DNA of 64,000 bases from Ramazzottius varieornatus (GCA_001949185.1 BDGG01000011.1:393552-457551), one strand, 5' to 3'. Numbered from the stretch's first letter, positions 1-12,180 are shown. Program-made: numbers and translations. The notes: generated by a model from the sequence alone, not told the origin.

Positions 1-758
1 TTGGCGTCATCTATCCCTCTGGTAAAAGTGCACGAACGAGTAAGAAAACTCGCAACATCGCACGTCCGTGTCCCGGAGATAAGCCGACCCCATTAAGCTT
101 CCTTTTTCCCCACAGAACTCGCGTCTGAATGAAGAGGTTCTGGAATGCGAAAGAATATTCCTGCCACTACTACGAACGGCCGAGGTTAGTAAACTCGTCA
201 CAAAACTACAACCTTTCCATGAGGTGAGCGAAACTTCGAGTGGGCGGTAGTCTGACCTGGTATGAGTCGCGAAATATGGATCCGCAAATTTTCGGTCATG
301 CAGTACCTGATTTTCATCTCACAGAAGATGGGATATTGTTTATTCGATAAACCATATCGTGCAAAGTTAGCCGGAGAACCGCGACGGCGGCCGCGGATAC
401 GTTCTGTTAAGTTAGATAAGCTGCCGGTACTGGATTTGAGGTGGCAAGTGCCCGCAGTACCGCTGAAGTATTGTCACGACTGCTGGAACAAACCGTTTTA
501 TTGCAGGGCAGAAGTCTGAAGACCAGTCTTAGAAGCCTACGGAAGAGAACCAACGGATCGTACTTCTGTTTCCATGTCGCAGACATTTTTTACGTCACCA
601 GGCCATCGGTTCTAGGGGTGAGTGTAGTTCAAAGTGTGCGGAAGGGAACTTTGAGTGGCACTTGTGATTCGTTTATTAAGAATCATTCGTATTCTGATTT
701 GCAGACATTCACCCTCATACTAACCTTTGCACTGGTCGGAAAAGATTTACTGAACTAG
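1..758 (+). CDS. Gustatory receptor-like (GR/GRL, 7TM chemoreceptor) gene, 3' part; copy 1 (5' end outside window)
   Basis: Exons 1-39, 116-223, 304-426, 507-617 and 705-758 are joined by four GT-AG introns of 76-87 bp, all phase 0. They splice into one open frame: LASSIPLVKVHER|NSRLNEEV...|...|GRSLK...YFCFHVADIFYVTRPSVLG|TFTLILTFALVGKDLLN*. The C-terminus resembles the GR/GRL TM7 signature (F-x-x-x-G/D-x-F-x-I/V-T-R ... T-Y/F-x-L-V). Phase-0 introns near the C-terminus are typical of this family. Confidence 0.6.
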
Positions 759-897
759 CTCGGCCAAAAAGTTAATGCGAAAGTCTCCATCAGCCTGGTG
801 TCGGACCCCAGACAGAAACCAACCTCAACGTGCTTGCAAATCGACCTTCAGAGTATATGGATCATCGGATTCAGATAAAAAGACTTCTGCTTGGTTC
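21..897. repeat. Left arm of ~880-bp near-identical inverted duplication (partner 23977-24852)
   Basis: Reverse complement of 23977-24852 matches with only a few substitutions and a 1-bp indel. The ORF track gives identical or near-identical peptides at 262-519/24355-24612 and 441-758/24116-24433. Confidence 0.95.
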
Positions 898-938
898 ATC
901 TTGCTCCTTGAAGGATTACTACGCCATATGCATTCTCC

Positions 939-2198
939 CAGTACACGCGCCTGACCCAACTACCGGTCTGGCCAAGACTTCCGCCACTGGCCGAAAACGG
1001 CAGTAGCCAGCAAAACTGTTCAATCAATCGAAGTAAGGACGCTGTCAGCTGGTTACCGGAAATTTTCACCCAGGCCGGTAACCCTGTTCGGAAGGGCCTC
1101 CGATCCACTATACTGACCATATAACATTTGGGATCAGTCCAGGTTTGCTACAGAACATTTTGGGTGCATTTTGGGTTCAGTATGCGACATAAACACTGAG
1201 CCCCATAATTATCTGTCCACCTCCATTTTTGTGCAAAAATTCACTTGTTTTGCACTAACCCGATGTTGATATTTTGAACATCTTTATAGAGATCAGTGTT
1301 TGATCTTTACGACCACGTGACTTCCGTATGAATCAATCAGCAATTCAACTGGCAGTATCATCCCTACGAACACCTGAAACTGCCTTGTTTTTGGCTCCGA
1401 GTTGCGGGTGTTAGCCAGCAGATAGCACATTCATGCTTGTTACTATTATGTAGCTCCAACATTAAGCTTTGTGAGGAAGTAAGCCCATGTGAGAAATTTT
1501 TTGCAAATATGCAGAAAACGCTGTGTTATCATGTCAACCAGGAAGTATTCTCGGTTACTTTTGGTGGTGCATATTCATGACGCCTTGTCTTCGACATCTT
1601 TGCTGCTAAGTTACGTTCAAATGGTGACACCCTTCATAAAGATAATCAGACTTTGTAGTTTGAGTCATTCGGTCAGTCGAAACGGAAGATATCGAAAGAT
1701 AACCATGAAGTAGCGCATTTCACGCTGCAAACGCCGCATGTAGGCATGTCAAGGAAATTTTTTCCGCAGAGTCTCAAAAATTTCTCAAATGGGCTTACTT
1801 CCTCGCAAAGCTTAATGTTGGAGCTACATAGTAGTAAGAAGCATGAATGTGCTATCTGCTGGCTAGCACCCGCAACTCGGAGACAAAAACAAGGCAGTTT
1901 TAGGTGTTCGTAGAGATGATACTGCCAGTTGATTTGCTGATTGATTCATACGGAAGTTACGCGTTCGTAAAGATCAAACACTGATCTCTATAAAGACGTC
2001 CAAAATATCGAAATCGGGTTAGTGCGAAATAAGTTATGAAGTCTTGAAACGAAGATATGAATATATGAACCTTTATTGAGCCCAGAATGCACCCAAAATG
2101 CTCTGTAGCAAACCTGGACTGATCCCAAATGTTATATGGTCAGTATAAAGGATCGGAGGCTCGTCTGAACAGGTTAACTAGGCCAGGCGCGCGCACTG
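939..2198. mobile_element. Foldback/long-TIR non-autonomous DNA element (large palindrome)
   Basis: Ends are CAGTACACGCGCCTGACC... and ...TAGGCCAGGCGCGCGCACTG. Arms ~1075-1503 and ~1775-2185 are reverse complements around a ~270-bp spacer. No coding capacity. Confidence 0.8.
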
Positions 2199-2397
2199 TC
2201 AGACAGAAGAGAAAAAAAACGAAGAGGTAGACTTGATTCCCCAAAGCTACTAGGATGTATGCTTTCCAATAGCTGGAGAGCATTTGCAAGATCCCACCAG
2301 GGAGTGCTAGTCGGATCCGTGCATAGAATACTTCACGTCGACGTGTCAACTTTGCATACTTAAATATGCCGCAGTCGCTCTTTTTATATAATATTCC

Positions 2398-2827
2398 ACG
2401 ATTTATGGGAGTGCCCGAACGGTCAAAATTTAGCTCATACATCGATCTATCCACCACACCAAAAGAGACCTTCGGTAAAAATTTCTTGCAAAATTTTTTC
2501 GCATGCGATTTCCAAACTATTTTTCGGAACAAATTTGATCGATTATTTGCTTTTTCGCTCGTCTGTGTACTTTACAGGACAAAAATAGGTTCATTCAGGA
2601 AAGTGAATCCTGTTCGATCCGTCTAAGCTTATTTCGCAGAAATCGTACGAGAACAACGGAAGATTTGTCGAGTGGAAGCACTTTCGTTCATAAAAATGTC
2701 ATAAAATGGGCGACAAATCGCATACGAAAAAATTTTGCAGGAAGTATTTGCGGAAGATCTCTTTTAATGTAGTGGAAGATCGATGTATGAGCTACATTTT
2801 GACCGGTCGGGTGCTCCCATAAATCGT
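2398..2827. mobile_element. MITE with ~115-bp imperfect TIRs
   Basis: ACGATTTATGGGAGTGCCCGAACGGTCAAAAT... at 2398 pairs with ...ATTTTGACCGGTCGGGTGCTCCCATAAATCGT ending at 2827. Confidence 0.75.
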
Positions 2828-2954
2828 CTCACGTGACGGGAGATAGGCAGCCAAAAACTACCCTTACTTCTATGTCCGAATCTTCAGTCCTAACCGGTCG
2901 ACTGATTGAAATACTGACAGGACAGTCACGTGGTCGAAACGTTTCAGGTGAGTT

Positions 2955-3065
2955 CGACAAGGTAATTTTTGAATTACTGAAATTGGACGACGGGTTCGGG
3001 AGATAGAAGGAAGCAAATGATGGCCATGGTTGCCCATGGCCCGTGACGGTGACTGTGCTCCGCTG
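2955..3065 (-). pseudogene. Degraded duplicate of the last exon of the adjacent retropepsin-like gene
   Basis: Translates with a frameshift and stop as STVTVTGHGQPWPS/CFLLSPEPVVQFQ*FKNY. This aligns with RTVTVAGNGHPFFFPYFVISPDPVVGHSKFEEF at 3570-3672. Confidence 0.55.
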
Positions 3066-3538
3066 ACAACGGTGCTTCATAGTGGTACTTGGATACGTCC
3101 TCTACTTTCGGGTAAGCGAAAGCCAGACGATTCGAGGAGTACCATCCCGCAATTCCCTTGGTAGTCCGAGAGACTGAAACTGATATCCCGTACACTTCAG
3201 TTTCAGTCCACCCCTCCCCCAGAGTGAGACTGATATTCTTCACGGATCAGTTTCAGTCTCGGGACTAAACTGACATTTCTGAGAAATTTGGTTTTATCGG
3301 TCTAACTCAGACTCGCTCAGCAAGAGGCTAAATTCAGTCCAGTCGGACTGAACTGATGTACTTCGGGGCTGAATTTTCTCAGAAGTAGTCGGGCGAGACT
3401 TGTGACTAAATGTGGGACTGAAACTGAATACAACACTGATCCCGTGATCCTGTCATCAGATTCTTTAAGTTCATAATTCGACATGCAGACCCAACCACAG
3501 GCTTTTTGATCACCTGACGTGCAGTGGTGTCTCGTCAA

Positions 3539-3915
3539 TCAATCAACTGGTGAGCATCGATGCTCGGCGTTGAACTCTTCGAATTTTGAGTGTCCGACGA
3601 CAGGATCAGGAGATATGACAAAATAAGGGAAGAAAAAGGGGTGTCCATTACCAGCGACCGTAACTGTACGTGCCCCGAGAACGAAAACTAGCTTATTTGA
3701 CTGTGTAGAAACCCAGAAACCGATTGTTGTATGGGTTAAGAAGCTACGGTTTATGGGAAGGCCAGCGAACATCGAGTGGTTGTCTTACCGCACCGTACGA
3801 CAAGACCGAGTATTCACTGCCGGTGTCGCATTGATTGTCATATTGACTCCCTGGTTCCCCGTCGATGTTCACTTGATGAAGGTATCGTCCCGGTACACAT
3901 ACTCCTATCGTGCCT
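3539..3915 (-). CDS. Retropepsin-like (single-domain aspartic protease) gene fragment, 2 exons visible
   Basis: Exon ~3915-3789 reads GTIGVCVPGRYLHQVNIDGEPGSQYDNQCDTGSEYSVLSYGA. After a phase-0 GTAAG...ACAG intron, exon 3700-3539 reads SNKLVFVLGARTVTVAGNGHPFFFPYFVISPDPVVGHSKFEEFNAEHRCSPVD*. It has a DTG catalytic motif plus a downstream VVG (ILG-like) motif. Start codon not identified. Confidence 0.45.
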
Positions 3916-4289
3916 CTGACCGAAAAAATCCACTCACGGTTTCAAGGGATGTTGAGAAGTGAGAAGGACGTTTGTTGACGATAGTGGACTATTCTACGTG
4001 CTTTGTGCCTGATTGATTGGTCAAGTATCTTTTTTTCTAACATTGGCCCAGCCAACGTCAAGAAAAACTTTCACTTAAAGTTTTCCCGTCAACAAGTTTT
4101 GAAGCATTCACTGCATCAGTTGGTCGGGCAAGAGTGAAAAAAGGTCTAGGAAAACTTTCGCGTCTGTGCCTAGGCACTGACGGGTTAAGCGACGCTTTGT
4201 GAGCAGCGTACCGCGAGTTCGAGTTCTCACCGCTCAACTCTTGGCTTATCTCGTCATTCTCGTGACTACTGATCAGTAAATGTGCCACG

Positions 4290-5040
4290 GTAGGCCGCAG
4301 TTGTGAGTCCCATTCAAAAGACTGGAACTCATCGGCCTTTGAGACCTTTAGCTTGCTCGACGGGGGTTCTCGTCACCACGCGTTTCTGACGATAGAGAAG
4401 AAATCTACCTGGAATTGGGGCTACTATAAGGCCACAAGGAAAAATGGCTACGTTAGGTAAGCGAGCATTGGGTTTGGATTCTTACAGACAAAAGAGATCT
4501 ACCGATCCGAGAAAAAGAGGTGGACTGGGGAGAAAGAAGCTCCATAGACTTCGTCGTTCTATGAAAGATGTGAAACAATCGGAAACAGCCCAAACCTACG
4601 CGGCCAGAAAGAGTTTGACTTATCAATATCTAGTAAGCCAACCAAAGAGAGCGGAGCGATCAGACAGGCTGAACAATGCGTTTGTCCTGATTGGAAAGAA
4701 CAACATCCGTTCTAGAGGCGAAGAATTGAAGCGGAATAGAAAAGTGCACATGGACAGATCTGCATTTTCGAAACTTCAAAACAGCCTGAAAACAACGTGA
4801 AAAGAGGGTATGGCAGTTTTCACCATTACGCAATCGGGATTTCAGATTTTGAACGGTTCTCTGTTGCTCGGGAAGCGGAGCCTGCGTTGTGCAGTCGGAA
4901 AGACACTCAGCTGATGAAAAAGAGTTAAGCTCCAGAGAACAGTTCATCCGTTGGATATGAAGCTTCGCACGAACGTCATACTTCCTACAACTGGCTCGCA
5001 AGGCCACCAGAGCTAAGTGGAATCAGATTAATTCCAGCTG
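4290..5040 (+). pseudogene. Degraded non-LTR retrotransposon remnant (post-RT region)
   Basis: Broken frames contain PFKRLELI and IY/DPRKRGGLG, resembling the LYxPxxxGGxG motif after the RT domain of RLE-type/RTE LINEs. Many stops. Confidence 0.3.
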
Positions 5041-6443
5041 AATGTAACATCCAATTCATCAGTTATGACGCAACAGTCTACATAACAAACTACAAATTCA
5101 AAGGTGTGTTTATGAACTAACACGACCTCTCTGATGAAATCCAGATGTTAATTTCCTAGTGTATCCGTAACTCTGATCTTGACAGTATGACCGTATGGCT
5201 TAAGAACTAAATCGCTTTGTCGGAACCGTGACTTAATAAAGATGTGGTCTCTTCATTGTCCTCCGTAGAACGTGTTTCAAAAAACGGCGTGTTTAAAACG
5301 GCACGGAAATACCCACCGAGTATTGCTTCAGGTGCCTGATTGCTTGATCATAGTACGTCAAATAGGCTCTTTAACATTGCGTCCGACCCCTGTTCGTTCC
5401 ACGGCAGATATTTCCATCAGTTTTGCTGCGTTTGAGCTTCTGAGTTGTTTAAGCAGAATGGAGACAATTTTTTGCTAATTTAGGAACCAAGAAAAGGTAG
5501 CTGGAAACTGTAGGTGCCGAGATCAGGCCTGGATATCTCTATGCCTCTTTAAATTCAACATGAGGCGTTAGGGCCACAGTTCACCCTAAAAATTCACAGA
5601 ACAAATGTTCGAACTTCATGGCTTCGCGCTGATGGAGCATATTTGAGTGTTCAAACCATGCGAAAATGCAGCTACGCTATTTTCATCTCGCGCGATCGAC
5701 AAGCGTGGGAATTCCCTTGGAAGATGCCAATTCAAACACCTTGCCATAAAGGTGCGACAAAAATGCAGACCGAAACCATAAGCCCCTTTGAAAAGAGGCG
5801 TAATTTATGCGAAAGCTAACACGTCGGTAACGGCTCTGTAGGCGCAGCTGGCTCTTTCGCTGTGGCAGAATCCGCTTTAACCGTCAGCGGATCGACTACG
5901 TTGCGCAGTTGATGGGCCTGTTTCTTTGTCTCCGATAGCAGGCAGCACCTTGGCGCCACCAGACGGGGGCAAAATTAGTCTTCCGCAAGTTATCAGTGAC
6001 ACGAAAGCCGATCTAATCTAAAGACGATCAGAGATTCGTACCAAAATCTCCGTTACAGTGGACATTATGCTGTGTACAAAATGGACCTCTGCTAGTTCAA
6101 TTTTTGGGTTGGGTCCACCATTCCACCCATGTTTAACTTGGAGGCCGATAAACCAACCAAACAATTGCACTAATAGGGATGCGTTTGTACTTGGTAAGCA
6201 CGTGGATGTTAAACCTGGTTCATGTATAATAGTACCACGCCATTTGATTTGTTCAGTGAGATTTAGAGCTTGCAGTTCTTTACGTTGAGTCATCGGGAGC
6301 ACTCGTCAGCTTGGTAACAGAAAAAACCAGCTGTTGCCGCTGAGTGCGCCATCAATACGAATCAAATCAGGATCAAGCTACAGCCGATCGACGTACAGCA
6401 TTTCTCACCCTTTCGTTCAGCGGTTGCATCTTTTGTGGTTGTA

Positions 6444-9400
6444 TCAAGCCAGCGTTGTACGATGGCGTACGTTTCTGTGCCAGCAAGCACAGTGCAGAGG
6501 CAACGCGGCCACCAAATCAGGCAAGCTCAACTGAGAAAAGATCCCGGGAGAGCATGCCAGACTGCCGTGTGAGTCAGCAGTCAGCGGTAGTATGGGGAGC
6601 TCTTCCGGGCCATAGTCCGAACATTGCGAGCCTGTAGCAGTCGGACCGATTAAACGATCTGATACGAGCTCTTGTACGTCAATCAACACAGGCATCAAGC
6701 GCGCTGAAACGTCACGTTTTAAATGACCAATCAGAAACTGAGCCTGAAACAAGTGCCTATACTGTAAGCTTAACTTCTGTCCGTCTGAAGTGGCGTACGG
6801 CACCAGGATATCGTACTATCATACATGATCCCGGTTAGGTCAAACACGTGAGTGCGTAGATATTTATGGATCGGAACCGAAGCCTGAAATGGCGGACAGT
6901 CGTACCTGTGTGTTGAGAAGGACGTAAATAATAGGGTTGTACACCATGGACGTCTTGGCAAAGACAGGTGCCACTCCAGCCGCGGTGGCCGAGATCAGAT
7001 GCTGTCCACCGGCCATCACAATGATGCAAACGACTGCATACGGTAGCCAGGCTACGAGGAAGGCCAGAATCATTAGAACGACCATCAACGTCAGACGTCG
7101 CTGGCCTTTCGCAAGTTTCTGGCTGGCACTATTTTGCACACGCTGCAATCAAGCACAAGTCTGTCACCAACTATTGTGCAATGCATGGACGTACAGTATT
7201 TGATCAGACGACATCACATACATTGTTTAAAAATTTCAGTAGCTTTCCGTAGCACACGAGTATGGTGAGAACCGGTAACACGAAGCCTAAGATGAGCAAG
7301 TAGATTCCGTAACTTTGGTCGATCATTGCACGCGATTCCCAAAATGGGGCACAGGCAACACCAGGGCTTTCCAGTTGGAGGCTGTGTAATATCATAATTA
7401 CCATTAAAACTGCACGAAATCGAGTAAATATGCATTCAAACTGAGCGAAGTAGCATCCAGTTTACCTGCTCCATCCAACAACAGGAGGGAACGTTGTGAT
7501 AAACGCGTAAGTCCATACTGCGTCAAAAAGCCCGGCATTACTAATTTACCAGCATTACTAATTACTGTAATTTCCATGCGGGTATGAGTTGTTCTGTTCG
7601 GGGAAATTTTATGCTCGTGACATTCAAATACGGCCGTAACAAAATACGGAAAATGCAAGCATGCTGAAGTTGATCAAGTTAATCACTGTATACTCCGCAA
7701 GCTGAGACTGCGAACGCGATCCGACGGTTTCGGTTGGAGACAATCTCTACGATTGCGTAAGAGTGTACCAACTTGCTAAGCCGCAGCACAGCATTACGTA
7801 ACAAATTCGAAGGAACGGTTGTTGAGAAAGCGCGTGTTATCTCTTGTTTTTTCTAACCTTTTCTCGAATATAATTCTAAGCCTCATCATCCGAGAAAAGC
7901 GCCGCAGCAGGGAGCAAGGCCAGGGGCTTATTAACCTCTGGCCCTAGCGTGCCGGTAAACATGAAAATATATGCTATAAAAGGCGAAATCGGCTGAGAAC
8001 CTCCACACATAAAAACAGGAGCGGGCGGGTGGCAGCAAGACGAGAAAGCGAATGAGGAAAACAAGTTCTTGTACCGCTTCATGACGGCAGCAAAAGTATG
8101 GTTATGCATTGAAGCAGGAAGTACCACGCTGTACTTAGATAAGAGTAAACAGAAGAGGGGAAGACTATTTGCTATATCACTATAAACAGATTTTGTGGTG
8201 CTCAAAATCTTCCTCGTTTTCGAATGAATCGACACGCAAAATAACGGGTTGTCGAATGGTGTCCCACACGATTTTACAAGATCCAAAAAGTTCTCAAAAC
8301 AAAACCGGTCGAACCTCACGTTGAAGAGCCTAGACCGCAAATCCACTGGCCAATCAAGCGAAAAATGCCCTAACGGTGACAACTCAACAACCGCTCTCTC
8401 GTCCATGTACGTAACGCTATTCCGTAACTCGCGTGAGCAGGCCGATCAAGCATACTTCAGGTATGGCCACTAGCTCGGATAAAAGTGCTGATTTTTCGCG
8501 TTTGCAACCGTCTAATCCAGTCCTACATTTCGAACAAGCAGAATAAACCGCAAGAAATGTAACTGACCGGCAATAACAGCCAGCAGCGTCATCCGATTGG
8601 TAATGGTGGCCTTTCCGGGATAGCCAATCAGTAAGTATCGCTCGACTGAGATAACCGCTAAAGTCGTAATAGAGGCGATGCCTGTCAACAGAGAAACGAG
8701 AAGTATGACGTTTCTCCTATACTTAGATCGTATTTAAAATTACGCTCTCGATCAGACGTCTGGTCTTCTCGGTCGAGGGTCCTGGTTATTCGATTTCGAA
8801 AGTTTCTGAGCAAGCTGTGACTCTTCACTAATGTCGATGAATCAATGCAGTGCGGCGCTCAGTTACGAAGACTATGGTATAAGGATGTAAGTCGAAACTG
8901 ATTACGTTACAAAATATTTCAGTCAACCGTAATCGACCGACGTACCTGCAAAAGCCATTGCAAATGCAACTGTTATACATAAGCTTCTTCCATAATTCCA
9001 ACCATGCGCAAACGAAGCTGCAGCTGCTACAGGGGTTCCTGTAAACGAAACTGCGCTGTAGGTAGTACTGATAATACATTGAACTACCAGAAGAAACGTT
9101 CACCTGAGTGGCATCGGTTTACTGTACACATGCTTACCCAATAGAGCAATTATAAGGTCACCTGTCAAGAAAGATCCAATAAAAACACAGCAGAATAGAA
9201 CGAAACAAAACATCTGCTAACTTACAGGCGCTAAGGTTGAGAAGCATCCAGTTTATCGGTGTCCGCAAGGGTCGATTCTTGATAATAGTGAGGATGATAC
9301 AAACATGGGCAAAAGTCGCAATAACGCAAACGAAAGTTAGCACTACACCAGTTACGGTATAGCCATAAGACGTGAAACGCTCGACGGGTAAACCTCCAGC

Positions 9401-9517
9401 CAAGATACGCTCGACGTTTAACTGGAGATCACTGTCTAGTGTACCGTTCAAAGGCAACAACACCGGACCGATCCCCGCCAACGTTGGCGCCGGCAACGAA
9501 ATGTTCTGAAAGTTCAT
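6444..9517 (-). CDS. Ciliary-type opsin (c-opsin/pteropsin-like), 8 exons, ~429 aa
   Basis: Exons 9517-9226, 9161-9138, 9038-8946, 8681-8568, 7517-7466, 7381-7222, 7142-6906 and 6761-6444 total 1290 nt with consistent phases. Motifs: LRTPINWMLLNLSACD, C110, ERY, PPVVGWS, E181 (LESPGVAC), AWLPYA, FAKTS (Schiff-base Lys codon at 6954-6956) and YNPIIYVLLNTQ. The last exon is the least certain. Confidence 0.93.
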
Positions 9518-9629
9518 CAGGCAGTGGGCAGGAGGATTCGACCACAAGCAATGTACTTGGCTACGTTAGAGCACGAAACGAAACCACGGTGCATTCATAT
9601 TGGAAGTAAAAGGCACTAGCAATTCTGTC

Positions 9630-9637
9630 TTTTTATA
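9630..9637 (-). promoter_or_regulatory. TATA box of the opsin gene
   Basis: TATAAAAA on the minus strand, ~115 bp upstream of the opsin ATG (9517). Confidence 0.5.
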
Positions 9638-10949
9638 GAGCGGTATGTAGACGAAGAAAGCTCTGCCAGTCGTCTTGGCGGAGCAAACCTACGAGAGGCT
9701 AAAGCTGATCAAAGGACGGGGAAGCAGAGGATCATCAGATATCAGCTCGGGCTGCACAAAATGGATCACGAGCAAGTCGTTCAGTGAGCACAATGCACAA
9801 ATCAATTCTTACAGATCGAAATACCAACTGAGCCACCTTTCATAAGCTTATGCCTAACACATATAGAGTTCCCGGGCGGCTATTTCCGATCGTTCGATCC
9901 GCAATTGCTTTTGTTCCGTTCGTCGGATTACCTCAATTTCAGACTCAGGACTTTTGAAACCGTCGGAACAAGTTCACCATTCCAGAAATGGAAGAAAACT
10001 TCCAATCGACGTGCCGCCAGAGAGATTGGTAACGAAAAGGTTTGTGGCTCTATCAATCTCATGACAGGCAGAACCGAAAGGAACCAAAGCCAGAGATGTT
10101 AGTCGGCGTTTTGCTAACTCCGTTAATTGGGTGACGGTAAATGCAGCTCGGCTCCTGGATTCAAGTGCGCACATCAAAATCTACCAACCATCTGTCATCG
10201 TCTGCCGATCTGATTTTGCTAATTTCTTGCAGCTTTGCCGCTGGCTAATGTGGCAGAAACTTATGCCCGCACGTAGTGCCCGATATGTGATCATCAGCTC
10301 GTGATCGTGTCGGGTAATTCGGGCGGATCCGCACGTAAAAGTTTAATAAGCGTACTGCGTCTCCCGATTTTCGTTCCTTTCAGGTGTGAGACTTGCTCGG
10401 CGACCTGCCGCGACAGATTAGTGCACGCGACCGAACAGAGAATTATCGAATCTTGTTTTTACCCACGAGCGTTACAACTTTCCAGCAACGGTTGTCTATC
10501 GACATTCGGTAACTCGTTTTGTGTTTCAAGAACTCTGAAGGAGGCGAAAGGGCTGGTTGAAGTCTTCTAAGTTTCGAACGTGACGTAGGAACAGCTATCT
10601 CTTTTTGCCTACTCATCACATTTTAACGAAATAATTTTCTTTTGGAGAACCTGTAGAGTTATCGTAGGGAGTGCAATAAGTTCTTGGAGAAGCTCATTGG
10701 AGAAGCTTATCGTGCAAAGTTCACAGTCGGCCAAACGAACACCCACCGAAATATGACTTTGAAAGATATAGATCTACAGTGATTATGATCGAACTTTGAA
10801 CTATTGCGACTGACGCCCTTGGTTTGTTTTTATGATGAGAAACGCGGCGGAATGCGTGCTGCAGTGCAAAGTCAAAACAGTGGAAGTTGGCTGGATATGC
10901 CAGCGCGAATGGGAAAATTGAAGAAACGGAAACTTAGCTGAGGTCACGG

Positions 10950-11110
10950 TCTAGTTTTCACCCTTTGCACAGGGGCAAATGATCAGCAGAAAGGGTGATC
11001 ACTGGTCAGCCTCCCCATAGGATGTCGAAGCCTGTCGAACGATGGATTCTGATGCCCCTGAGTATTGTCTCGGACATGATGTTGAAAAGCAGCCTGTCGC
11101 ACGGATACGG
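10950..11110 (-). pseudogene. Degraded reverse transcriptase fragment
   Basis: Minus frame LLFNIMSETILRGI...VITLSADH resembles RT motifs PLLFNIxxExxLR and LxFADD. Contains stops. Confidence 0.3.
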
Positions 11111-11649
11111 ACAACAGTTGTAATGGATAGTTGAAAATGGCCGAAAATTAGCGGTTTTGAATTTTACTATGAGCATAAAAATTGCAAATTCAGCGAACGG
11201 AATTTATAGTAAAATTATAGTAAAATATAGCGTGCAGATTAATGGTAAAATACGTTATTTAAACTCGAAGTTGCAGTAATTAGAATAATCAGTGTTTAGA
11301 AGTACAAGCTGCGCATCAAAATTGTAGCGAGATCACGCCGAAAGTCAAGCGTTATTCTCACGGTGATTGTGTTCAGGAGGCGTGGTCCGTGACCTGTACT
11401 AGAAGTCCAGTCTATAGATAGGCATGATTTGCCGGTTTCAGCTGCCGGTCACAAATACGGACGTGGACTTTTACGTCATACGGGCTTGTACATTGTGTGC
11501 GTTGATGGCGCGTGTTGAGTGAAGCAAACTTGCATGTGCAGTCTGAAAGACTGCGCAACTATTTCGCTTTCCTCCCTTTTCGTACTTCGGTATTCTTGCT
11601 TAATGATCCTTCTAGCTTCGACCACGGCGAGGTTCGCGAAAGGACAGAA

Positions 11650-12180
11650 TTCCAGCACCAAACGGGAAACGCAAACGGCCACAAGTTCGACCAAGCGGAA
11701 GAAGCAGGCTGCGGAGAATAGCCAGTCTGAAAGATTGTTTGACTTATCCGGTGTGACGCATGAACATTTTCCTTCACCCTCGACATCCGCAGTGAGTGAC
11801 GAAAGTGTTGGAGTTCCAAATGTTGGAATTCCAACCGGAAAGAAAAAACTGGGGCCGGAAGGCCGAAGGACTCGTCGATATGCAATTTCCTCAGGTGTGA
11901 TGAAGCAGAGGATAAGTCGGTCCATCTTGTTGAAGGATGTTCGACAAGGCTGAAAGGGAGGAATACGGTAAACAACCGAATTCATTCTTACCAGCATCCA
12001 GCGGCCAACAAAGACTACCTAGCTTTGTACGAGGAGCAGAAAAGCAAGAAAGAGAAAAGTGGTACTATCCCTCACCGGACCACGTTGGAAGAGATGGCTC
12101 AGACAAGAACGCCGTACAGTAAGAAGCATCCAAGCTAAGCGCCTTCACGGGAAAGTATTGCCCTACCGGTGATCAAATCT
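11650..12180 (+). pseudogene. Degraded RLE-type (R4/Dong-like) LINE C-terminal fragment
   Basis: Broken frames give SICNFLRCDEAEDKSVHLVEGC (CCHC-like knuckle), then EYGKQPN (EYxxRHN-like) and KWYYPSPDHV (KWYExxPxxV-like) in the expected order. Confidence 0.4.

Noticed and set aside
10020-10190. Possible DIRS tyrosine-recombinase fragment (KARDVSRRFANS)
   Set aside because: One weak motif with the catalytic His absent and no supporting domains.
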